From contig QMVO01000038.1 of assembly GCA_003661125.1 (NCBI GenBank), forward strand, positions 1 to 10,479: a stretch of 10,479 nucleotides of DNA, given 5' to 3'. Numbering within the stretch: position 1 is the first letter of the stretch; every line of letters begins with the position of its first letter. Below the pieces are notes generated by a model. It had not been told where the DNA came from. It searched no databases and worked only from the letters and a program-made list of their open reading frames with translations. Shown in pieces: positions 1-6,477 of this stretch. This stretch comes from Methanosarcinales archaeon (GTDB lineage: Archaea > Halobacteriota > Syntropharchaeia > Alkanophagales > Methanospirareceae). Position numbers and translations under genes: made by a program.

Positions 1-8
1 ATAACAAA

Positions 9-347
9 ATGTCTAAACATGAGGAGCATGTATGGCTCGATACCGAAATTGTATTTTCATGTCCACTGTGTTCAACCGCATTCAGACTCCTTCATTGTGA
101 GCCAGATGGGAACCATAAATTCATATTGGATAAAGAGCAACGAGATGCAATAGTTGCAAGGCGCGTTACAGACAATATCGACACAACCTACGAATGGCTC
201 GCTATGAAATTCGGGATTACACGCAGTACGCTATTGCATGAGGTACTACGCAAAATAGATCAGGATAATAAAGTTCTGCAATGGGCTTCCAAAAAACTGA
301 ATATGTCCATTGATGATATTTTACGTGAGGTGAACAAATATGATTGA
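9..347 (+). CDS. putative DNA-binding regulator: N-terminal Cys/His zinc-finger-like segment (CPLC...HC...H) plus C-terminal helix-turn-helix-like segment (YEWLAMKFGITRSTLLHEVLRK); may be 5'-truncated by the window edge
   Basis: 112-codon ORF from the track. The reading frame stays open back to nt 3, so the true start may lie upstream of the window. No SD is visible before ATG 9. The Cys/His spacing and the HTH-like segment were read directly from the translation. Confidence 0.4.
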   Translation: MSKHEEHVWLDTEIVFSCPLCSTAFRLLHCEPDGNHKFILDKEQRDAIVARRVTDNIDTTYEWLAMKFGITRSTLLHEVLRKIDQDNKVLQWASKKLNMSIDDILREVNKYD

Positions 348-368
348 AAGGGTAGTAGGAGGAAAAAA

Positions 369-554
369 ATGAAACATTATTGTCCGCTAAAGCGTAAACG
401 ATACAAACGCAATGAGTTACTGCAAATCTGTCCAGGATGTGATTTCCCAGCACGCCATTCTTGCCCCGGAATTGTTCTCTTTAAGGAAAGCGAAAGGCAA
501 GAATATTTGGCATTAATGAATTTAGATTTCATATTAAAACGCTTTACGAAGTAA
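369..554 (+). CDS. small (61 aa) basic zinc-ribbon-like protein (CPLK...CPGC...SCPG), function unknown
   Basis: The ORF is preceded by GGTAGTAGGAGG (350-362), with AGGAGG 6 nt before the ATG. There are four Cys in two CxxC-like knuckles. It is compact and lies directly upstream of the tRNA. Confidence 0.5.
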   Translation: MKHYCPLKRKRYKRNELLQICPGCDFPARHSCPGIVLFKESERQEYLALMNLDFILKRFTK

Positions 555-568
555 ATAAATAGAAATTT

Positions 569-641
569 AGCCTGGTAGTGTAGCGGACAATCATTTGAGG
601 CTTTGGACCTCAAGACGGTGGTTCAAATCCACCCCAGGCTA
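569..641 (+). tRNA. tRNA-Gln (anticodon UUG), archaeal-type identity elements (A1:U72, A73), CCA not encoded
   Basis: Folded by hand. Acceptor stem AGCCTGG/CCAGGCT (7 bp). U8 A9 present. D-arm GTG..CAT with A14, G18 and G19. Anticodon stem TGAGG/CCTCA with loop CTTTGGA, so U33 and anticodon TTG. Variable loop AGAC. T-arm GGTGG-TTCAAAT-CCACC. Discriminator A at 641, followed by atc, so no CCA. Confidence 0.8.
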
Positions 642-644
642 ATC

Positions 645-668
645 TTTTGTAAACGTTCCCTTTTTAGC
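645..668 (+). promoter_or_regulatory. copy A of conserved motif TTTTGTAAACGTTCCCTTTTTAGC; candidate promoter (upstream element plus TATA-like T5A) for the HicB-like gene
   Basis: One of four same-orientation copies of TTTGTAAACGTYCC(N)TTTTTA. It lies 3 nt after the tRNA and 50 nt before ATG 698. An additional TTTTATTTAA box lies at 682-691. Confidence 0.4.
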
Positions 669-697
669 AAAAATAAAACATTTTATTTAATTGAAAA

Positions 698-862
698 ATG
701 ACGACTAAAAAAATATCTATTGTTATAGAAAAAGATGAAGACGACGATTTTTTTGTAGCCGAATGTCCATCTCTTCCGGGATGTTATACACAGGGGGAAA
801 CATTGGGTGAAGCTTTGAAAAACATACATGAAGTGATTGAATTGTGTCTTGAAGAAATGTAA
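698..862 (+). CDS. solo HicB-like antitoxin N-domain protein (UPF0150 / RNase-H-like-fold HicB family), 54 aa, no DNA-binding C-domain and no adjacent hicA
   Basis: The ORF is below the length cutoff of the track and was translated by hand: [54 protein letters not shown]. The signature of HicB-family antitoxin N-domains (I.IEKDEDGGYVAE.PDLPGC.TQGDTLEEAL.N..EAIEL.LE) is matched almost position for position. The stop TAA (860-862) lies inside motif copy B. Confidence 0.6.
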   Translation: MTTKKISIVIEKDEDDDFFVAECPSLPGCYTQGETLGEALKNIHEVIELCLEEM

Positions 863-883
863 ACGTCCCCTTTTTAATTCCGC
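857..883 (+). promoter_or_regulatory. copy B of conserved motif (ATGTAAACGTCCCCTTTTTAATTCCG); candidate promoter for the 901-2427 gene; TATA-like CTTTTTAATT centred ~26 nt before ATG 901 (leaderless geometry)
   Basis: Sequence identity to copies A, C and D. It overlaps the stop codon of the HicB-like gene. There is no SD before ATG 901, which is consistent with a leaderless transcript. Confidence 0.4.
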
Positions 884-900
884 TTCCCGTTTTTTCAAAT

Positions 901-2427
901 ATGCCATACAAAACCAATGCAGACTTACCAAAGAGCATTCGCAATAGCTTGCCTGAACACGCGCAGACGATATTCCGCAAAGCTTACAATGCTGCTTCTG
1001 AACAGTATGGCACGGATGATGAAGCACGATTAAACAAAATCGCTTGGGCTGCAGTAAAGAAAATTTACGAAAAGGTTGATGACAAATGGGTACTCAAGAA
1101 AGGCAAGAAAGCAATAGCTGATGCCTTGGAAATACATCCGCATGATCACAGACCGTATATGGTAAATGATGATGGCACTACATATAATTCATTTGATTTC
1201 AATCCAATCTATACAGCCGAATACAATAGTGACGATTGGGTACCAGTCGCAAAAGTCGGTCAGGCTATGCGATTAGCGGGAAATTCTTCCGAGTTCCCTT
1301 CTATTATCTTTCCCACGGCAGAAGGGTTTAAAAAAGCTGTCGAATTGTTCAACGAACTTAAGGCGCCTGGATATGTGAATAGAAATCACAATCCTGACGA
1401 TATTATACCAGGTGCAAACATAACAGCGCTGAAATTTGAAGACCCTTTCTTATATGCGAAATTCAACGAGACCGGTATTGCTGCCATAAATGACGCAGTT
1501 AAAGTCGGCAGGAGTATAGAAGCTATTCCATTCAAAATCGACAAGGATCATCTTCTTACTGATTTCTATGTATCTGGGATTTCTGTGCTAACAGAAGGTC
1601 ATACTCCCAGTTGCACTCCACAAATGGGTTGTGCTGATATTCCCGACATATTGGCAATTTCTGGAAAGCCAAAAACTGCACCTATCGATTCTGAATGGTC
1701 ATTTCGTGCTGCAGACTACACACAAGAGCAATTAGAGCGTGCTTGTGTTTGGGTTGATACAAGCAAACCAAAGAGCGAGCGTACCAAAAATGATTGCAAA
1801 CTGCCTATTGCACGACCTGACGGTACGATTGTTTGGCATGCCGTTCGCGCTGCCATGGCGGCTCTATTAGGTGCGCGAGGCGGAGTCGATATACCAGCGA
1901 AAGATAGAAAAACAGTCTATAACAAACTGGTAGCTGCATATCGGTTATTCGATAAAGAGCCGCCAAAATTAAAAGGAGGTGATATGATGGGAGAAGAAGT
2001 AGTCTATACTGCTGAGCAGTTAGAAGAGCGCATTGCAACTGCAGTTGCTGAAGTAACGGAAAAACTCAATAATGAACACGCAGTTGCTCTTGCGCAAATA
2101 AAAGAAGAGAAAGAGAAAGAAATAGCTGAAAAGGAAAAGGAATGGCAAGAGCAATTAAACGCAAAAGCAAAAGAACTGGAAGAATTGAGAAATCAGATAG
2201 CAAACGAAAAACGCGAGCAGATCAAAGCCAAATTACAGATGGATGAGGAAGCGGCAAAATTGCTTGAATCGTTTGAAATCCCTCATCTTGATACACTGCT
2301 AAAACTTGATCTGCCAATCGGACAACAAAATGTAGGTGTTGCAGTCGCTGGTTCGCCAGCATCAGAATCTCAGCAAAAAGTCAAAAAAGTGGGGAGATGG
2401 GATGGTACAAAATGGGTAGAAGAATAG
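901..2427 (+). CDS. head-morphogenesis protein candidate: N-terminal ChaB-like domain (~75 aa), large central domain, C-terminal Glu/Lys-rich coiled coil (scaffold-like); possible in-frame internal start at 1984 with perfect SD
   Basis: 508-codon ORF. The N-terminus [32 protein letters not shown]...[19 protein letters not shown] matches the ChaB family (E. coli ChaB begins MPYKTKSDLPESV..LP.HAQDIYKEAFNSA...AWAAVKHEY). The C-terminal ~150 aa ([61 protein letters not shown]...) is heptad-like and charged. It sits immediately upstream of decoration-like and major capsid genes. Confidence 0.55.
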   Translation: MPYKTNADLPKSIRNSLPEHAQTIFRKAYNAASEQYGTDDEARLNKIAWAAVKKIYEKVDDKWVLKKGKKAIADALEIHPHDHRPYMVNDDGTTYNSFDFNPIYTAEYNSDDWVPVAKVGQAMRLAGNSSEFPSIIFPTAEGFKKAVELFNELKAPGYVNRNHNPDDIIPGANITALKFEDPFLYAKFNETGIAAINDAVKVGRSIEAIPFKIDKDHLLTDFYVSGISVLTEGHTPSCTPQMGCADIPDILAISGKPKTAPIDSEWSFRAADYTQEQLERACVWVDTSKPKSERTKNDCKLPIARPDGTIVWHAVRAAMAALLGARGGVDIPAKDRKTVYNKLVAAYRLFDKEPPKLKGGDMMGEEVVYTAEQLEERIATAVAEVTEKLNNEHAVALAQIKEEKEKEIAEKEKEWQEQLNAKAKELEELRNQIANEKREQIKAKLQMDEEAAKLLESFEIPHLDTLLKLDLPIGQQNVGVAVAGSPASESQQKVKKVGRWDGTKWVEE

Positions 2428-2446
2428 AAGGAGGTGATAAAAAAAC

Positions 2447-3337
2447 ATGAGTGCATTTTCCGGTATCCAAAAACCGACAAACAAAATTGTTGCCGTTGGT
2501 GACCCACTCGTAGCTGATAGAAAAGTGGGTGGCACAGTAACAAATATGAAACCCGGTAGGTTAGTCAAACGTGGCTCTACTGACTTCGATATTGCCATAG
2601 GAACCGCTTTCGATGTCTGTGGATGGTTGGGCTATGAGCAAGCGCATCCAAGTTATCGCCCAACTGATGTTGATACTGCATATGCCGCAGATGACATGGC
2701 GCCAGTGCTATACGGCGGCAAATTCGTTATCGTAGGCTCGTTAGTTAAGGGATGTGTTGTCACACAAGGCGAGTATCTTGCGAATTGGACGAATGGGCAG
2801 GTAATAGGTCCGATAGCAATGATGGAAGGCGGGTTAGCTTTAGGTATCCCGTTCGAGAAAGCTACCTCTGAGCAAACAACCTACATCGAATTGCCGGCTG
2901 ATATGGTTGTGAAGGATGTGATTGTGGACGTATCTACAAATGTCGCATCATCGCATATTGACATCGGTATCCTTTCAACCGAATCGGGTGGCGATGCAGA
3001 TGGGTTCCTCGATGGCGAATCATGTGCAGCCGCAGGTAAGGTGGAGCATAATATGGTCGATGCTACTGCCGCGAACAACACTCTTGGTGCTTTGCTTGTC
3101 GAATCCGACATCAAGAGTGCCGATGGGACAGCTCTATTTTACAGCGTGCCCAAACAACCAGGACATGTCTGCGATGGTACTGCAAAGACTATTACGTACA
3201 CTACTTCAGATCATGCTATCGAAGGAACGTTCTGGGTAGTTCTCGAAGCAGAAGGATTTAATATCGTAGGCAAAGCAGTGGAATCCGTAGATGCGAGTTC
3301 CGCGGCACAAGACATAATGCTTTTAAGCAGCATATAA
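2447..3337 (+). CDS. hypothetical head-associated protein (possibly decoration or accessory capsid protein), 296 aa
   Basis: The ORF lies 10 nt after GAAGGAGGTGAT (2427-2438). It is positioned between the scaffold-like gene and the major capsid gene. It is rich in Gly/Asp/Thr/Val, typical of beta-rich virion proteins. I recognise no specific family. Confidence 0.5.
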   Translation: MSAFSGIQKPTNKIVAVGDPLVADRKVGGTVTNMKPGRLVKRGSTDFDIAIGTAFDVCGWLGYEQAHPSYRPTDVDTAYAADDMAPVLYGGKFVIVGSLVKGCVVTQGEYLANWTNGQVIGPIAMMEGGLALGIPFEKATSEQTTYIELPADMVVKDVIVDVSTNVASSHIDIGILSTESGGDADGFLDGESCAAAGKVEHNMVDATAANNTLGALLVESDIKSADGTALFYSVPKQPGHVCDGTAKTITYTTSDHAIEGTFWVVLEAEGFNIVGKAVESVDASSAAQDIMLLSSI

Positions 3338-3361
3338 AAAGGAGGTGAGAAAAAATAAAAA

Positions 3362-4228
3362 ATGGCTGATGCAACAAATTCGTTAGAAGAGTTCTCGAAG
3401 TATGTAGATGCAGAATTGGTAGAACCGTTACGTGCAGTTCTGATAGGCCGTAAAATCGTGCCAGTAACGCCAGAGCATGGACTCGGTGTGTCCGCAGTCG
3501 AATTCCACAAGATAGTGGAGATGGGTGAAGGTGTGGTAACATACAGTTTCTCCGATGCTGGCGAAGACGAAATCAATATTACACCAACCACACTTAAACT
3601 GCCGATACACATAAAAGATTACAGAATAGACCGCAGGCATTACGAATCGTATCGCGAGAAAGGTATAAATATTGATAACAGTACCGCGCTGAGTGCTGCT
3701 TTCGTTGCTGCAAACAAAGAAGATGCGACAATCATTCGTGGCTATGCTGGTGATGGGTCTACATATGATATCAAAGGGCTATATGAAGGTGCCGGCAACA
3801 CATACGCAGGCAGCGATTTTGGTACCGCCGGTAATCCCACGGATGCAGTCGCAGGAGCAATGGATGCATTGGAACAGGACGATGTCCCCGTTTCAAGCTG
3901 CAATCTCATTCTACATCCGACACAGCGAAATGAACTTCGTGCACTTCGGAATAGCTATGGAATACGAGAAGAGCCAGAAGTATTGGAAATGCTGAATGGA
4001 GGGGCAATTTACAGCTCGAAAGCACTCACTGCCGGTACGGGATTGCTCATTCCAACAGTAAATTTGGCAAGACCGTATTTCGACTATTTCCTTGGTGTCG
4101 ATTGGAGGACTGAGCATGGTACAGAAAGCGAGCACCCTGATACAAGCGATTTGCATGGACGTGTATATAGCACAGGCGTATTGAGAATCAAGCATGATGT
4201 AGCGATCTGCACAATCACGGGGATATAA
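3362..4228 (+). CDS. major capsid protein, encapsulin-like (Linocin M18 / family-1 encapsulin shell) HK97 fold
   Basis: 288 aa. Colinear with Thermotoga maritima encapsulin. LIGRKIVPV..HGLGVSAV compares with LYGRKFVDVEGPYGWEYAA. LKLPIHIKDYRIDRRHYESYREKGINIDNSTALSAAFVAANKEDATIIRG compares with [50 protein letters not shown]. The C-terminal NLILHP...YFLGVDWRTEH...RVYSTGVLRI compares with YTLVINT...LILGQDLSIGY...RLFITETFTFQV. The length also matches, and AAAAGGAGGTGA lies upstream. Confidence 0.7.
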   Translation: MADATNSLEEFSKYVDAELVEPLRAVLIGRKIVPVTPEHGLGVSAVEFHKIVEMGEGVVTYSFSDAGEDEINITPTTLKLPIHIKDYRIDRRHYESYREKGINIDNSTALSAAFVAANKEDATIIRGYAGDGSTYDIKGLYEGAGNTYAGSDFGTAGNPTDAVAGAMDALEQDDVPVSSCNLILHPTQRNELRALRNSYGIREEPEVLEMLNGGAIYSSKALTAGTGLLIPTVNLARPYFDYFLGVDWRTEHGTESEHPDTSDLHGRVYSTGVLRIKHDVAICTITGI

Positions 4229-4244
4229 CTATTATTTGCTGAAC

Positions 4245-4481
4245 ATGGCAACAACAGAGACACGCAAGAAGAAGAAAGTGAAAGAGACAGAAAAAGTACC
4301 AGAAAAAACAAAAAAACCACGATTCTTAGAACTCGTCAAAGTACGCGCACTAATCAATATCTCGTTTGGCAAACGTCCCGGGTATGACCGTAAAAGGTAT
4401 CAGAGAGGCGAAATATTTTATCTCACTCGTGAGCTAATCAAAGAATTAGGCGAAGGACGAGCAGTAGAAATAGTGAAATGA
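4245..4481 (+). CDS. small Lys-rich basic protein (78 aa), function unknown; the track starts it at TTG 4236, but ATG 4245 is more likely
   Basis: The ORF is immediately downstream of the capsid gene. Its N-terminus KKKKVKETEKVPEKTKKPR is highly basic. Its stop overlaps the start of the next ORF (ATGA at 4478-4481), suggesting translational coupling. Confidence 0.45.
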   Translation: MATTETRKKKKVKETEKVPEKTKKPRFLELVKVRALINISFGKRPGYDRKRYQRGEIFYLTRELIKELGEGRAVEIVK

Positions 4482-4735
4482 CATTGTCAGAGGAACAGTT
4501 GGAACAATTATATCGCATCACAGTAGAGAATCGGCGCGATATTGAATGGATCCGAAACCGACTACAGCAGGGAAACAGTGTAATGGATTCTCTCAATCAG
4601 CGTCTGAAGATGATTGAATCGGAAAGCGCGTATCTCAGAGGCAGAATAGGTGCTTTTCTCATTTTCTTTGCTTTCGCAATCTCGCTCGGTTTACAGGGAC
4701 TGAATTGGATTTTCTCATACTTCTGGAGGTCATAA
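4478..4735 (+). CDS. small coiled-coil protein with C-terminal hydrophobic (transmembrane-like) segment, 85 aa
   Basis: The N-terminal 55 aa are heptad-like (EEQLEQLYRITVENRRDIEWIRNRLQQ...). The C-terminus GAFLIFFAFAISLGLQGLNWIFSYFW is a ~23-aa hydrophobic stretch. The start overlaps the upstream stop. Confidence 0.45.
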   Translation: MTLSEEQLEQLYRITVENRRDIEWIRNRLQQGNSVMDSLNQRLKMIESESAYLRGRIGAFLIFFAFAISLGLQGLNWIFSYFWRS

Positions 4736-4742
4736 AGAAAAA

Positions 4743-5165
4743 ATGAATCTGATTTCGGGAACATACACCGATATGGATATAGTGAAGAATAATTATATCC
4801 TCACTGAGCTATATGATACAGACACTCTTGACGCTCAAATTACGAATGCTGCGCAGGAAGCAAAACGCTGGGTAAACAATTTCCTTGGACGTCAAACAGA
4901 TTTCACGGCTGCCGAATTAGAAGAAGCAGAGAATGAATGCATTGTATCCGCAGCATGTTTGCGAACTGCATGCATTCTACAACAGAAACAGCAAGAACGA
5001 GGTAGTATCGCAGAAGAAACTTTACGCGATTGCAAAGAAGCAGAAAAAATTTTAGCTATTTGGATGAAAAATCATGGCTTAACCCCGCCAGACGAAATGA
5101 AAAAAAGCGGACGTATCAATCCTGAACCTTTATATGTTTATCCTGACGTAGAGTATGTCATATAG
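4743..5165 (+). CDS. putative head-tail connector / neck protein (gp6-like by position and size), 140 aa
   Basis: GGAGGT (4722-4727) lies upstream. The ORF is in the block after the capsid gene, where head-completion proteins usually sit. It is an acidic protein. The family assignment rests on synteny only. Confidence 0.4.
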   Translation: MNLISGTYTDMDIVKNNYILTELYDTDTLDAQITNAAQEAKRWVNNFLGRQTDFTAAELEEAENECIVSAACLRTACILQQKQQERGSIAEETLRDCKEAEKILAIWMKNHGLTPPDEMKKSGRINPEPLYVYPDVEYVI

Positions 5166-5290
5166 GAGGATGAAAATAGGAATAGGAAAAATGACAATTG
5201 ATAGTTACTTTTCATATCCCGAAGATGAACAGGAAAGAAGAGAATATATAGAATTGGAGAAAAAAAGGAAAAAGACAGAGGTAAAAGAAA

Positions 5291-5605
5291 ATGGATAATA
5301 GAGAAAAGAAACTGTTTTTAGAAGAATTGGATAAGCGTGCACGGCGATGGCAAAGAAAACGCGAAGATGCATTAAGCCGACTTGAACAACCAAAAAACGA
5401 ATACGAAAAGAAGAGAGCTGAAATTGATTTGTCTGTTGCAGAGGCTGCATTAAAACGCATTGAAAAACGTAAAGAAGAATTGGTAACACCAAAAGAGGAA
5501 AAGAGCGAAGAGAAGAAAGAAGAAAAGAAAAGAGAAGAAAAAAAGCATAAAAAGGAAGCAAAAAGACAATGGGAAGCGACAAAAAACATAAAAGAGAATG
5601 ATTAA
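5291..5605 (+). CDS. Lys/Glu-rich low-complexity coiled-coil protein, 104 aa
   Basis: GAGGT lies 8 nt before ATG 5291. The product is almost entirely K/E/R (EKRKEELVTPKEEKSEEKKEEKKREEKKHKKEAKRQWE). The stop overlaps the next start (ATGATTAA at 5598-5605). Confidence 0.45.
   Translation: MDNREKKLFLEELDKRARRWQRKREDALSRLEQPKNEYEKKRAEIDLSVAEAALKRIEKRKEELVTPKEEKSEEKKEEKKREEKKHKKEAKRQWEATKNIKEND
5491..5566. repeat. purine-rich (GAA/AAG)-like low-complexity tract inside the K/E-rich gene
   Basis: Direct inspection shows long runs of A/G with few C/T. This explains the spurious antisense ORFs 5205-5589 predicted in this region. Confidence 0.6.
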
Positions 5606-6029
5606 ATCTATCTTAGATGGAATCAAGCATATTCTCCAGAATGATGCAGACACAAAAGACGTGATCAAATCCTATTATTATCATCTTCCCGTATCAGGTG
5701 CACGCGACCCTTGCTGCATCCTCGGATATAATATCTCGTTTAATATAGACAAAGAACGTTCTTATCTCAATAGTTCAATACCTGGACGATTCTGGTCTGC
5801 TTCTGTTTCTATTTTACTTTTAGGTAGAGTTTATGAACGTACTCCTTCGCGGTTTGAAGCAATGATAGAAATTCTGGATAAATTACAAGGCGATGCATAT
5901 GAAGCGCTCACGAATGACAAAACACTAAACGGTACAGTCCTCAAGAGTCAACCTGTTTCTATACACAATATCTTCCTCGATGAATACTATGGATATGAGA
6001 TATCTATTGAGATCACAAAATCTGATTAA
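5598..6029 (+). CDS. putative neck / tail-completion protein (position-based), 143 aa
   Basis: The ORF is translationally coupled to the upstream gene. It is the last gene of the + strand neck block before the reverse-strand cassette. I recognise no family. Confidence 0.45.
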   Translation: MIKSILDGIKHILQNDADTKDVIKSYYYHLPVSGARDPCCILGYNISFNIDKERSYLNSSIPGRFWSASVSILLLGRVYERTPSRFEAMIEILDKLQGDAYEALTNDKTLNGTVLKSQPVSIHNIFLDEYYGYEISIEITKSD

Positions 6030-6385
6030 AAGTAGTCTTCAAGTTTCTTATTAATAGCTTTCATTTCTTTTTTATTTTTTATCTCTTCTCTCCACCGCTT
6101 ATTTAGTTTTTCCAATGCACCCGGCATCACGTTTGGCCAGAACATACCGAAAAATGCGAACCCCAAACAGATGAAAATAGTAGCTGGGTCTAAGCCCGAA
6201 TAAATAGCAGTAGGGACATTTGAATACTTTGGGTATTCTCCTCTGCCTTTGAAACTAAGAACCCTCTCATTATACTCAATGTTGATGCCTGATGCTTCCG
6301 CGAGCTTAATTATTTCTTCGTAATTGCCATGCCATGCTTGGAATGTAAGTTCGATCATACGGTCTTCAATCATTTTTCCTATCAT
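6026..6385 (-). CDS. hypothetical 119-aa protein with central hydrophobic segment (ATIFICLGFAFFGMFW), co-oriented and downstream of the RNA ligase gene
   Basis: From the ORF track. Its start context on the reverse strand is AGGAAAAATGATTGAAG. It shares a TTAA overlapping-stop arrangement with the convergent + strand gene at 6026-6029. Confidence 0.45.
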   Translation of the reverse strand: MIGKMIEDRMIELTFQAWHGNYEEIIKLAEASGINIEYNERVLSFKGRGEYPKYSNVPTAIYSGLDPATIFICLGFAFFGMFWPNVMPGALEKLNKRWREEIKNKKEMKAINKKLEDYF

Positions 6386-6477
6386 TTTTTACATTGCCTT
6401 TCAATTCTGCTAAACGACTTTTCCAGAAGTATTCACGAATTTTCATATCGTCTTTATCTACATCTATTTGTCCTTTA

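Noticed and set aside
569-641. Possibility that the tRNA is a suppressor tRNA indicating stop-codon recoding
   Set aside because: The anticodon is UUG (a normal Gln anticodon), not CUA or UUA. The genes in the window terminate normally with TAA, TAG or TGA at positions consistent with ribosome-binding-site-defined neighbours.
569-700. tRNA as a provirus attachment site (attL/attR)
   Set aside because: No integrase or recombinase gene is present anywhere in the window, and no direct repeat of the tRNA 3' end is seen elsewhere in the window. It cannot be supported from this sequence.
217-1027. Minus-strand ORFs 217-453, 377-613, 683-1027 and 723-980 overlapping the small Zn protein, the tRNA, the HicB-like gene and the start of the head gene
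   Set aside because: They run antisense to better-supported features, including a structurally sound tRNA. They have no ribosome-binding sites and their AT-rich composition gives low-complexity translations, so they are most likely spurious.
901-4228. Interpreting the 901-4228 genes as a cellular encapsulin nanocompartment operon (cargo plus shell) rather than a viral head module
   Set aside because: A clear TP901-type tape measure gene, a G/GT frameshift pair and a major-tail-like gene lie downstream on the same strand. No C-terminal encapsulin targeting peptide (GSL/IGSLK-type) is visible on the upstream proteins.
6386-6477. 26-codon minus-strand ORF (MKIREYFWKSRLAELKGNVKNDRKND) between the ligase gene and the 119-aa gene
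   Set aside because: It is too short and featureless to call. It may be real, as part of the ligase operon, but there is no evidence beyond an open frame.
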